From an uncultured Chromatiales bacterium (GTDB lineage: Bacteria; Pseudomonadota; Gammaproteobacteria; Steroidobacterales; Woeseiaceae), in assembly GCA_965368465.1 (NCBI GenBank), contig CBDUMZ010000005.1:35596-99595 (forward strand): DNA of 64,000 nt. Direction: 5' to 3'. Below, piece by piece: positions 47,547 through 57,072 of the stretch. Each line of letters begins with the position of its first letter. The stretch's first letter is position 1. Below the pieces are notes generated by a model. It was not told where the DNA came from and made no database searches. It saw nothing but the letters and a program-made list of their open reading frames with translations. Made by a program: the position numbers and the translations under genes.

Positions 47547-48348
47547 TCGAACCGGGCCGCGCTCGCAGCAGCTTGAAGCGGTGGAAGCCGAGCTTTACGT
47601 AGGGCTCGAGCGGGAAGTCGACCATGCCGTGCATTTCGCGGGCCTTCAGTTCCTGGGAACACAACGGACCTGGGTCCTGGCCCTTGTTTGCTTTCGAGGT
47701 CGCGACATAGCAGATCTTCGACGGACACGTCAGCGCACAACCGGCGTTCGCGAACAGCGTGATCTTGTCCTTGTCTTCGAGCGCTTCGAGGAACGCGAGA
47801 TCCTCGTTGGCGCTCATCGGCAGGACGACCGAGTCGTACAGTTGCCAGGCTTCCCTGATCTTTTCGCGGGACTTCAGGTTCTTGATCACGCTCGCGTCGA
47901 GCCGGTAATCCGGAAAGTCGTCACGTATCCACCGGGCGAGATCGTCGTTCGTGCAGATTATCGAGTTACCGGGCCGGTGATATTTTTTCAGCAGGCGCTT
48001 GTTCTGCAGGTACTCATCGCGCTCCGCGTAGTGATTTGTCATCGGCAGACGCACACCGATACCGGCGTTGTTGAGCTGGAAGACATCGCGCTCGGACAAC
48101 TCGCGGTTCACGAACACGCGACCGCCGTACAGGGAACTGCGCTCCACGAAACCGAACAGGCTGTCGATTTCCCGCAACGGGATGTTGCCGTAGTTCTTGC
48201 GCAGGTACGCGAAGACGGGGATGCCCGGCGGCTTGCCGCGTGCCGAAACCGTGTAGGTGGCCGCAGGCGGCGGCAGGGGTTGCGCCTGGGTAAAAATACG
48301 GTCGTCGCCGACCGCCGCTATTTCAACGTGCTTGTTGCCCGCGGACAT
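47533..48348 (-). CDS. Hypothetical protein (no family recognised)
   Basis: 271-aa ORF with normal amino-acid composition (Lys/Asn/Tyr/Phe-rich, unlike the shadow ORF 47509..48777). Contains NAGCALTCPSKICY. Its 3' end overlaps the lyase gene by 14 nt. Confidence 0.6.
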   Translation of the reverse strand: MSAGNKHVEIAAVGDDRIFTQAQPLPPPAATYTVSARGKPPGIPVFAYLRKNYGNIPLREIDSLFGFVERSSLYGGRVFVNRELSERDVFQLNNAGIGVRLPMTNHYAERDEYLQNKRLLKKYHRPGNSIICTNDDLARWIRDDFPDYRLDASVIKNLKSREKIREAWQLYDSVVLPMSANEDLAFLEALEDKDKITLFANAGCALTCPSKICYVATSKANKGQDPGPLCSQELKAREMHGMVDFPLEPYVKLGFHRFKLLRARPGSITGF

Positions 48349-48354
48349 ACGCTC

Positions 48355-48813
48355 TCATTGCGGAGGGATCTTCGTCGCCTGCCAGGCAACGACTTGCCAG
48401 GTGCCGTCCCGCCTCAGAAATGTTCCGGTATTGTAGTAGTACATCACATCGTTTTCGGCGTCCTCATTCGTAGGTGTACCTACCAGCTTGAATGCGACGA
48501 CGGCCGCGTCCCCGTAGACCCTGACGTCCACCTCTTCACCCGTGTACACCATCGGCAACTCCGCGTCGCTCGCTTGCGCAGACTCCGCTTCTTCCGCCTC
48601 GTCGTAACCCGCGAGGATGTCGGCCTTGCCAAAGCGCAGGCCGGCGGACGAGGTGTAGACAAGGTCGTCGGCCCAGAAACCCTCATGCGCTGCCTTTGTG
48701 TGCGAATGCGCCAGGAAATGATGCAGCATGCTGCTGAGTTCCTCGACGTCCGATGCGGCGGCCGTCTGTGCCAGTAATACCAGCGTAAGAGCCAGGACAA
48801 GTTTCTTCATCAT
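48355..48813 (-). CDS. Secreted NTF2-like (SnoaL/DUF4440-like) protein
   Basis: Signal peptide MMKKLVLALTLVLLAQTAAAS, and a C-terminal pattern FLRRDGTWQVVAWQAT typical of DUF4440/NTF2-like folds. Confidence 0.65.
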   Translation of the reverse strand: MMKKLVLALTLVLLAQTAAASDVEELSSMLHHFLAHSHTKAAHEGFWADDLVYTSSAGLRFGKADILAGYDEAEEAESAQASDAELPMVYTGEEVDVRVYGDAAVVAFKLVGTPTNEDAENDVMYYYNTGTFLRRDGTWQVVAWQATKIPPQ

Positions 48814-48951
48814 GTTGATTTCCCTTCCATAATTGCGGGCAGCCTACGCGTGCCTGCGGCATCCGCGTATTTGGTGAACCGCTCAATTCCGGTTCAATTG
48901 CCGTGGGTACGTGCATCCATAATACGTGAAACCATCGGGAGGAAACTGCGC

Positions 48952-51900
48952 ATGTCCGACCTGTTTCGCCCGATTGGCGTGGACCAGCTCGCAAAGTGGC
49001 TGTTCACCGAACTCGAGACCCGGAATTCGGCCTTTGGGATCCCGAAGCAACACATCTTCGTACCGGACCCGTCGGCAACGTATCGTGCGCAGGTCTTCGG
49101 GCAGACGCTCGACACGCCCTTTGGCCCGGCGGCCGGGCCGCATTCCCAGATGGCACAGAATATCGTCACGGCGTGGCTCTGCGGCGCTCGCTACGTCGAG
49201 CTCAAGACCGTCCAGACCCTCGACGAACTCGACGTCAGCAAGCCCTGTATCGATATGGAGGACGAGGGATACAACGTCGAGTGGTCACAGGAACTCAAGG
49301 TTCACGAATCCTTTGACGAGTACTTGCGCGCCTGGGTGCTGATTCACGCGTTGCATCACAAGTTCGAATTCCCGGGCGAGACGCCCGTGATGTTCAATCT
49401 CAGTGTCGGGTACGACCTCGCCGGGATACGGCAACCCAACATGCAGTGGTTCCTGGACAACGTCGCCGACAGCTCGGCACGAAAAGCCGAGATCGTCGAC
49501 GCGGTGGCACGGTACTACCCTGCTGTTCGCGACATCGACATTCCGGACCGGTTCTCCGACAACGTCACTTTATCGACCATGCACGGCTGCCCGCCTGGCG
49601 AGATCGAGAGCATCTGCGAATACCTGCTGCGGGAGCGGCGCCTGCACACGCTCGTGAAATGCAATCCGACCTTGCTTGGGCCGGCGCGTGTCCGCAGGAT
49701 CATCAACGCGGACCTCGGGTTTGCCGACGTCGTCGTGCCCGATGTCGCGTTTGAGCACGACCTCAAGTACGACGACGCAGTACCGATGCTGCGCAGGCTG
49801 CGTGCAGTCGCAGGTGACAGCGGCCTGGCGTTCGGCGTCAAGCTGTCGAACACGCTCGAGGTCGAGAACCGCCGCAAGGTCTTCAGTCCGGACGAGAAGA
49901 TGATGTACCTGTCCGGCCGCCCGTTGCACGCCATCACGGTAAACCTCGCGGCCGATCTTGCCGAGGAGTTCTCCGGCGACCTGCCGATGTCGTTCTCGGC
50001 CGGCGCGAGTTGCTACAACGCCGCGAACCTGCTGCGCAGCGGCATGCAGACGATCACGGTCTGCTCCGACCTGTTGAAGACCGGTGGCTATCTGCGGCTA
50101 CTCGACTACGTCAGGGCCGTTGAGGGTGTCTCACCCGATCCGGAAAACGCCCTGGCACATCTGCGGCGCTATGCCTCGAGCGTGTGTGGCGATCCCGACA
50201 ACATGAAAGCCGCGTTCGTCACGTCGGGCAGCAAGACGTCCCGCGAGCTCGGCGCTTTCGATTGCATAGCGGCGCCTTGCGTGGATGCCTGTCCGCTCGA
50301 CCAGAAGGTTCCCGACTACATGGCAGCCGTGCGGCGCGATGACATCGCCGCGGCCCAGCGGGTCGTGCACGCTGACAATCCGCTGCCCTGCACGCTCGGG
50401 CGCATTTGCGATCACCTGTGCGAACAGGCTTGCGTGCGCACACATCTCGATGAACCGGTTGCGATCCGCGACATCAAACGATTTATCGTCGACCGCGAAC
50501 GGGAAGTCGCGCTCCCGCCTGCCGGGGACGGACATGGTCCGAAGGTGGCGATCATCGGCGCAGGGCCAGGCGGCCTGTCGGCGGCGATCGAGCTGGCGCG
50601 TGGCGGCTGCAAGGTCGAGATCTTCGAGGAACAGGCCTACGCCGGCGGCATGGTCGGTGGCGTTGTGCCGGAATACCGGCTGCCAAGAGCGGTGTTCGCA
50701 GAGGACTATGCGACGCTGGAAGCGCTGGGGGTACCTGTCCATTTCAACGTGCGCATAGGCCGCGACCTCACGCTTGCAGCACTCCGCGAGGAGGGATTCG
50801 AGAACATTCTTGTCATGGCCGGCGCCCAGCTCGGCCGAACCCTGGCGCTGGATGGCGCCGACGCCGACGGCGTCCTCGATGCCCTGCAGTTCCTGCGCCT
50901 GTCGAAAGAACAGCAGGCTCTCGATGTCGGTAAACGGGTCGGCATCATCGGGGCTGGCGATACGGCCATGGACTGCGCGCGGGTCGCGTGGCGCCTGGGC
51001 GATCGCAAAGTCACACTGATCTACCGGCGCACGATCGAGCAGATGCCGGCCGACCGCGAAGAGATTACCCAATTGCTCGAGGAAGGCATCGACGTCCTCG
51101 AACTCGCGCTTCCCGAGCGCCTCGTTGCCGGGAACGGCAGGCTGCAGGCGCTGCACTGCCAGCGCATGCGGCTGACGGACGAGCGCGACGCATCCGGCCG
51201 CCGCACGACCGAGGTCATACCGGATTCGGGCTTTGACGTACCGATCGATACACTGATTCTTGCGATCAGCCAGCACGCCGTGCTGGATTTCCTCGACGGC
51301 GAACCGATCGCGATCAATGAGCGCGGCTATATCGAGGTCGACCCGGTCACGTTCGAGACCTCCCTGCCCGGCGTCTACGCGGGTGGCGATGTCGCCAATG
51401 ACGGCCCCGCCACCATCGTGAAAGCCGCCGCCGCGGGCAAGGCCATCGCCGCCAGCATCCTCAAACAGTCGGCATCCGAAGAGGTGACTGGCACCGTTTC
51501 GGGTGTCGAGATGGCGGCGATGCTGCGCCGGCGAAGTCACCGGGTGCGGCGCGTGCGGGCGCCGGAGTTGCCCGTTGCAGAGCGGCGCAATTTCCGCGAG
51601 GTCATGCTCACTTATTCCCGGGAGCAGGCGCGGGAGGAAGCGGCGCGCTGCCTCGATTGCCATACTTTCTGCAGTATCTGCGTCGGCGTCTGCCCGAATC
51701 TCGCCCTGTTCACCTACCAGACGGAGCAGCGCCACCAGCGCTTCCAGGTCGCCGTACTCGCCGACCTCTGCAACGAGTGCGGCAACTGCACGACCTTCTG
51801 CCCGACGTCAGGCACTCCTTACCGCGACAAGCCCCGCCTGTACGTCGACAAGGACGACTTCGAGGCCCAGCAGGACAACGCCTATATGATTTTCCACGAT

Positions 51901-52059
51901 GGCGACGACTGGGCTATCGATGCACGCTGTGACGGCGTGACACGACATATGGAACTCAACGACCCGCTGGATGCGGCAAACCCGCAGCAAGCCGCTATGC
52001 AGACGCTGTTGGAAGGCGTGCGGCGGTCGATGCCGTTCCTGCCGGTACGCGAGGCATGA
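48952..52059 (+). CDS. ygfK: YgfK-like multidomain Fe-S/FAD oxidoreductase ('putative selenate reductase subunit YgfK')
   Basis: 1035 aa. N-terminal DHOD/DPD-like TIM barrel, central GltD-like region (CVDACP...CEQAC, GAGPGGLSAAIE, IGAGDTAMDCA) and C-terminal Fe-S motifs (CHTFCSICVGVCP, CNECGNCTTFCP). ATG 48952 is preceded by GGGAGGA. Confidence 0.85.
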   Translation: MSDLFRPIGVDQLAKWLFTELETRNSAFGIPKQHIFVPDPSATYRAQVFGQTLDTPFGPAAGPHSQMAQNIVTAWLCGARYVELKTVQTLDELDVSKPCIDMEDEGYNVEWSQELKVHESFDEYLRAWVLIHALHHKFEFPGETPVMFNLSVGYDLAGIRQPNMQWFLDNVADSSARKAEIVDAVARYYPAVRDIDIPDRFSDNVTLSTMHGCPPGEIESICEYLLRERRLHTLVKCNPTLLGPARVRRIINADLGFADVVVPDVAFEHDLKYDDAVPMLRRLRAVAGDSGLAFGVKLSNTLEVENRRKVFSPDEKMMYLSGRPLHAITVNLAADLAEEFSGDLPMSFSAGASCYNAANLLRSGMQTITVCSDLLKTGGYLRLLDYVRAVEGVSPDPENALAHLRRYASSVCGDPDNMKAAFVTSGSKTSRELGAFDCIAAPCVDACPLDQKVPDYMAAVRRDDIAAAQRVVHADNPLPCTLGRICDHLCEQACVRTHLDEPVAIRDIKRFIVDREREVALPPAGDGHGPKVAIIGAGPGGLSAAIELARGGCKVEIFEEQAYAGGMVGGVVPEYRLPRAVFAEDYATLEALGVPVHFNVRIGRDLTLAALREEGFENILVMAGAQLGRTLALDGADADGVLDALQFLRLSKEQQALDVGKRVGIIGAGDTAMDCARVAWRLGDRKVTLIYRRTIEQMPADREEITQLLEEGIDVLELALPERLVAGNGRLQALHCQRMRLTDERDASGRRTTEVIPDSGFDVPIDTLILAISQHAVLDFLDGEPIAINERGYIEVDPVTFETSLPGVYAGGDVANDGPATIVKAAAAGKAIAASILKQSASEEVTGTVSGVEMAAMLRRRSHRVRRVRAPELPVAERRNFREVMLTYSREQAREEAARCLDCHTFCSICVGVCPNLALFTYQTEQRHQRFQVAVLADLCNECGNCTTFCPTSGTPYRDKPRLYVDKDDFEAQQDNAYMIFHDGDDWAIDARCDGVTRHMELNDPLDAANPQQAAMQTLLEGVRRSMPFLPVREA

Positions 52060-52060
52060 C

Positions 52061-53383
52061 ATGAAATCCCTGCTAATCACCAACGGTCATCTCGTCACTC
52101 TCGATGCGAACAATCGCTTCATCGAGAACGGCAGCATTCTCATCGAGGGCAATCACATCATCGATGTCGGCCAGTTTTCCGCGAGCAAGTACAAAGCGGA
52201 CCGGACGATCGACGCTCGTGGCAGCCTGGTCATGCCGGGCCTTATCAACGCCCACCACCACCTCTACTCCACCTTTGCGCGCGGCTTCACCCCGCCCGGC
52301 CCGCCGGCAACGAATTTCGAGGAAACGCTCAGGAATCTCTGGTGGAAGCTCGACAAGGCGCTCGACGCGGAAGACGTTTACTACTCGGCCCTGCTCGCGA
52401 TCATGCAGGCGGCCCGGGCCGGCTGCACGACGATCATCGATCATCATGCGTCGCCGTCCTGTGTCGACGGCAGTCTCGACCAGGTAGAACGCGCGTTCCG
52501 CGAGGTCGGACTGAGTGGCTGCCTGTGCTACGAGGTATCCGATCGCAATCGTCCCGGTGAAGGCATCGAGGAAAACGAACGCTACATCCGCAAGTGCCAG
52601 GATGCCGAGGACGACCAGATGGCGGCCCTGTTCGGCCTGCATGCGCTGCTCACCCTTGGAACCCGGACGCTCGATCGCTGCGCCGAAGCGGGTCATGCGC
52701 TCGGCGCCGGCTTCCACGTGCACGCCGCCGAAGATGAGATCGACGTGCAGACGACGATGGAGCGTTACGGCCGCGGCATCATGGATCGCTTTCTCGACTT
52801 CGGTATCGCGGGCTCGAAGACGATATTCGTGCACGGCGTGCATTTCGCGTCGCGCGAACTGGACCTGCTGCGCTCGACGAACTCGATGCTCGTCAACAAT
52901 CCCGAGTCGAACATGAACAACGGCCTCGGCGTCGCACCGATCCTCGACATGCTCAAGCATGGCGTCCTGGTCGGGGTCGGCACCGACGGCATGTCGTCGC
53001 ACATGATCTCGCAGGCGCGGGCAATGTACCTGCACCAGCGCACCTACCATCGCGACCCGACGGTTGCCTTCGGCGAAGCCTGCGAGATCCTGCTCAGGAA
53101 CAACCGGGAGATCTGCAACCGCCTCTTCCGCGAGCCGCGCGGCATGCTGGCGACCGGCCAGCTCGCGGACATCATCGTTCCGGACTATGTGCCGTTTACG
53201 CCGCTCTCGGCCGAGACGTTTTACGGCCACCTGTTATTCGGGCTCAGCTTTACGCGGGTGCGCACCACGATCTCGCGCGGCGAGGTCGTCGTCGACGAAG
53301 GCCGCCTGCCCCACCTCGACGAAGACCGGATCCGCGCCAGGTGCGCCGAGAGATCCTCTAGAATCTGGTCGAGGATTAATTAG
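52061..53383 (+). CDS. ssnA: SsnA-like amidohydrolase
   Basis: Amidohydrolase metal motif PGLINAHHHLYS, HASP, VHAAE, VHGVH, GVGTDG. Sits immediately after ygfK as in E. coli. ATG 52061 is 1 nt after the ygfK stop. Confidence 0.82.
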   Translation: MKSLLITNGHLVTLDANNRFIENGSILIEGNHIIDVGQFSASKYKADRTIDARGSLVMPGLINAHHHLYSTFARGFTPPGPPATNFEETLRNLWWKLDKALDAEDVYYSALLAIMQAARAGCTTIIDHHASPSCVDGSLDQVERAFREVGLSGCLCYEVSDRNRPGEGIEENERYIRKCQDAEDDQMAALFGLHALLTLGTRTLDRCAEAGHALGAGFHVHAAEDEIDVQTTMERYGRGIMDRFLDFGIAGSKTIFVHGVHFASRELDLLRSTNSMLVNNPESNMNNGLGVAPILDMLKHGVLVGVGTDGMSSHMISQARAMYLHQRTYHRDPTVAFGEACEILLRNNREICNRLFREPRGMLATGQLADIIVPDYVPFTPLSAETFYGHLLFGLSFTRVRTTISRGEVVVDEGRLPHLDEDRIRARCAERSSRIWSRIN

Positions 53384-53407
53384 TAACAAATTGAAAAGGT
53401 TATACTT

Positions 53408-54292
53408 TTGACCACGGCATGGAACAACTACTACACGCCCCGTACGGTCGCTGACGCGCTGGCCATCCTGCAGCGCTACGCCGGCCGCGCACGCGTGATC
53501 GGTGGTGGTACCGACCTGCTGGTCGAAACCCGGCGTGGCCTGCGGCGACCTATCGATGCCATCGTGGACGCCACGCGGATCGACGGACTGGACAGCGTCT
53601 CGGAAGACGGCGACTTCATTGTCATCGGCTGCGGCGTTACCCACACCCGTATCGTGCACGATCCGCGCATTGTGCGTTTCGGCCGCTGCCTCTCCGAGAG
53701 TTGCGGCGTGATCGGCGGCCCGCAGGTGCGCAACACGGGAACGCTCGCCGGCAATGTGGCGCACGCCCTGCCCGCCGGCGACGGCACCATCGGCCTGATG
53801 GCGCTCGGCGGCGAGGTCGAAGTGGCCAGCGCTGACGGCACGCGGTGGATGCCCGCCAAGGACACGTTCGCCGGCCCGGGCCGCAGCCGTATCGACCGCC
53901 ACCGTGAAATCCTCACCCGGCTCAGGTTCCGCAAGACGGCTGGCGACGAAGGCTCGGCCTTTCACCGCGTCATGCGGCCACAAGGCCTGTGCCTGCCGAT
54001 CATCTCCATGGCCACGCGCCTGTCTGTCGTCGACGGCACGATTGCGGCCGCCAGTATCAGCATGGGCCCCGTGGGTCCCGTGCCCTGGTTTGCGGAGCCG
54101 GTCGCCGACGTCCTCGTGGGCGCACCCGCAACAGAGGATGCCTTCACGCAGGCCGCCGACGTCGCGCTCAGGAACATCAGCCTGCGCACGAGCAAGTACC
54201 GAGCGACCGAGGAATACCGGGAGACGATGATCCGCACTTACCTGCCGGTCATCCTGGCCACGGCGGCACGCCGCGCAGGAAGTGCGTCATGA
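53408..54292 (+). CDS. ygfM: FAD-binding subunit of a molybdenum hydroxylase (YgfM/CoxM-like)
   Basis: RVIGGGTDLLV, GTLAGNVAHALPAGDG, and a C-terminal CO-dehydrogenase flavoprotein-like region. TTG start. Confidence 0.82.
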   Translation: MTTAWNNYYTPRTVADALAILQRYAGRARVIGGGTDLLVETRRGLRRPIDAIVDATRIDGLDSVSEDGDFIVIGCGVTHTRIVHDPRIVRFGRCLSESCGVIGGPQVRNTGTLAGNVAHALPAGDGTIGLMALGGEVEVASADGTRWMPAKDTFAGPGRSRIDRHREILTRLRFRKTAGDEGSAFHRVMRPQGLCLPIISMATRLSVVDGTIAAASISMGPVGPVPWFAEPVADVLVGAPATEDAFTQAADVALRNISLRTSKYRATEEYRETMIRTYLPVILATAARRAGSAS

Positions 54293-57072
54293 GCCGCCTG
54301 CAAATGACGGTCAACGGCCGCCCCGTCGACATCGAGGTTGACGAGTCACGCTACCTGTCCGACGTGCTGCGCGACGACCTGGCGCTTACCGGCACGAAGA
54401 TCGGTTGCGCCGAAGCCGAATGCGGCATCTGCACAGTGCTCGTCGACGGTACCGCGGTCGTCAGCTGCGTCTACCCGGCGTTCAAGGCCCAGGGTCGGCG
54501 CGTAGAGACGATCGAGGGCCTTGCAGAGGATGGCGAGTTGCATGCCCTGCAGCAGGCCTTCCTCGATCACGGTGCGGTCCAGTGCGGCATTTGCACGCCG
54601 GGCCTGATCATGACCGCCAAGGGATTGCTCGATCGCAAGGCGGCAGCCGGCGACATCGTGACCGAAGCCGACATACGCACTGCCCTCAAGGACTCCTACT
54701 GCCGCTGCACGGGCTACCAGAGCGTCATCAATGCGATTCTGCAGGCGTCAGGCCAGGACGTACCGCCCTACCTTCCCGAGACCCGGGCCCCGGAAGCATC
54801 CGTCGGCAAGCCACGGCCAAACCCGAACGCCCTTGCGAAGATTCGCGGTACCGCGCGTTTTACCGACGACTACCGTTTCCCGGGCATGCTGTTCGCACGC
54901 ACGTTGCGCGCCCGGGTGGCGCACGCCCGCATTGTTGGTATCGACGTTGCCGCGGCACGCGAACTCGATGGCGTGCACGCGGTACTGACGCACGAAGATG
55001 TGCCCGGCCGCAATGCGCACGGCGTGGTCAGTGTCGACTGGCCGGTCCTGTGCAGCCGCAAGGTCCGCTATGCGGGCGACGCCGTGGCCATCGTCGCGGC
55101 GGACAGTGAGGACATTGCCGCGGCAGCGCTTGACCTGATCAAGGTCGAGTACGAGGAATTGCCCGCCGTAACCGACCCGATCGCCGCCCTGAAAGCCAAC
55201 GCACCGCAGGTTCACGAAGAGCGCCCCGACGGCAACCTCCTGAAGCACATCAAGGTCCGCAAAGGCGACATCGAGGCCGGTTTCAAGGCGGCCGACGTTG
55301 TCGTTGACCTGACCTACCGTACGCCGACGACCGAACACCTGTTCCTCGAACCCGAGTGCTCCATCGGCGTGCCGGCCGGTTACGACCCCGGTCGATTTGG
55401 CGGCATGTGCGACGCACTCGCGACACGCGGCGAGACGGCGAAACACGACAAGACGACGATTTACGTCGGCAGCCAGATCCCCTACGCCGATCGCGACCAG
55501 GCCGCGGCGGCTCTCGGCAAGCCGGCCGACAACGTGCGCGTCGTCGCCACACTGATGGGCGGTGGCTTCGGCGGCAAGGAAGACATTACGGGGCAGATTC
55601 ACGCTGCGCTGCTCGCCGAGGCAACCGGGCGCCCGGTCAAGATGCTGTACTCCAGGCAGGAAAGCCTGCTCGTGCATCCCAAGCGCCACGCGACGATCAT
55701 TCGCATGCGCACGGGCGCAACGCGCGACGGCAAGCTGACGGCGGTCGAGGCCACCCTGTATGGCGACGGCGGCGCGTACGCGAGCCTGAGCGAAAAAGTG
55801 CTCACGCGCGCAACGACCCATGCGTCCGGCCCCTACGACATCCCGAACGTGCGTGTGGACTGCTTTGCCACCTACACGAACAACGTTCCCGCCGGCGCGT
55901 TCCGTGGTTTCGGCGTCACGCAAAGCTGCTTCGCCGCGGAAAGCAACATGGACATCCTGGCCCGGAAACTCGGGCTCGACCCGGTCGACTTCCGGCGCCG
56001 GAATGCGCTCGAGGTGGGTTCCACGACGGTCACGGGACAGGTCATGCGCGAGAGCGTCGGCCTGCTCGAGTGTATCGAGCGGGTCGACGCCGATATGCGC
56101 GCCGGCGACTTCCGCTGGACCTGGGACGAGGGTCACAAGCGCCTCGCCTGGGGCCTGGCCGTCGCCTACAAGAACACCGGGCTCGGTGGCGGCGCACCGG
56201 ACAAGGCGACCGCCGAGGTCGAAGCCTGGCATGACGCCGAGCGGGGCCTGCTCGCGGAGGTTCGCATCTCGTCTGCCGAAATGGGCCAGGGCTTACCGGG
56301 CGTGCTCGCCGCGTGCGCCGCCGAAGAGCTGGGTATCCCGGCCGGGAACGTGAGCGTGCTCCTCGGCGATACCGATGTCTGCCCGGATGGCGGGCCGACG
56401 ACGGCCAGCCGCCAGACCTTCGTGAGCGGCAATGCGGCCAGGCTCGCGGCGCGCGATGTGGCCGCAAAACTCGCAGACGCGCCGGGAACCCGCGCGGTCG
56501 CGCGGCATGAGTACTGGGCACCGGCGACCCAGCCGCTGGGGACCGGGGGCGATATGCATGTCGCGTTCAGCTTCGTCGCGCAGGCCGCACTCTGCGAAAT
56601 CGACATGCGTACGGGCGATGTCCAGGTCCGCAGGATCATCGCTGCGCACGACGTCGGCCGGGCCATCAACCCGCTGACGCTCGAGGGCCAGATTGAAGGC
56701 GGCATCGTCATGTGTATCGGTTATGCGCTCACCGAGCATTACATCCAGGAAGACGGCATCCCCTGGACCAATGTCATGGCCCGCTACAAGACACCAAGCA
56801 TCACGCATGCGCCGCCGATCACATCGCACATCGTCGAGCACGAACTCTCGACGGGCCCGTTCGGCGCCAAGGGAATGGGCGAGCTTCCCAGCATCCCGAC
56901 GAGCCCGGCGATCACCAACGCGATCTACAACGCAACGGGCGTTCGCGTTCGCAGCCTGCCTGTGGACCAGGACAGCCTGTTGCATGCCATTCGCGCGGGA
57001 GCGACCGAGGTTGAACTCGGCTGGGGCGACCGCGAACCCATCCCCACAATCGAATTCGGAGGGGAACGTTGA
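54289..57072 (+). CDS. xdhD: Molybdenum hydroxylase with fused N-terminal 2x[2Fe-2S] domain (XdhD-like)
   Basis: GCAEAECGICTV, CGICTPG, CRCTGYQ, then aldehyde oxidase/xanthine dehydrogenase Mo-binding blocks (GGGFGGKE, AGAFRGFG, GELP). ATG 54289 overlaps the ygfM stop (ATGA). Confidence 0.88.
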   Translation: MSRLQMTVNGRPVDIEVDESRYLSDVLRDDLALTGTKIGCAEAECGICTVLVDGTAVVSCVYPAFKAQGRRVETIEGLAEDGELHALQQAFLDHGAVQCGICTPGLIMTAKGLLDRKAAAGDIVTEADIRTALKDSYCRCTGYQSVINAILQASGQDVPPYLPETRAPEASVGKPRPNPNALAKIRGTARFTDDYRFPGMLFARTLRARVAHARIVGIDVAAARELDGVHAVLTHEDVPGRNAHGVVSVDWPVLCSRKVRYAGDAVAIVAADSEDIAAAALDLIKVEYEELPAVTDPIAALKANAPQVHEERPDGNLLKHIKVRKGDIEAGFKAADVVVDLTYRTPTTEHLFLEPECSIGVPAGYDPGRFGGMCDALATRGETAKHDKTTIYVGSQIPYADRDQAAAALGKPADNVRVVATLMGGGFGGKEDITGQIHAALLAEATGRPVKMLYSRQESLLVHPKRHATIIRMRTGATRDGKLTAVEATLYGDGGAYASLSEKVLTRATTHASGPYDIPNVRVDCFATYTNNVPAGAFRGFGVTQSCFAAESNMDILARKLGLDPVDFRRRNALEVGSTTVTGQVMRESVGLLECIERVDADMRAGDFRWTWDEGHKRLAWGLAVAYKNTGLGGGAPDKATAEVEAWHDAERGLLAEVRISSAEMGQGLPGVLAACAAEELGIPAGNVSVLLGDTDVCPDGGPTTASRQTFVSGNAARLAARDVAAKLADAPGTRAVARHEYWAPATQPLGTGGDMHVAFSFVAQAALCEIDMRTGDVQVRRIIAAHDVGRAINPLTLEGQIEGGIVMCIGYALTEHYIQEDGIPWTNVMARYKTPSITHAPPITSHIVEHELSTGPFGAKGMGELPSIPTSPAITNAIYNATGVRVRSLPVDQDSLLHAIRAGATEVELGWGDREPIPTIEFGGER

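Noticed and set aside
48814-48951. Sigma-54 (-24/-12) or clear sigma-70 promoter upstream of the ygfK operon
   Set aside because: I found no TGGCAC-N5-TTGC match. The best sigma-70 candidate (TTCAAT-N19-CATAAT, 48893-48923) has a poor spacer and is too weak to report as a feature.
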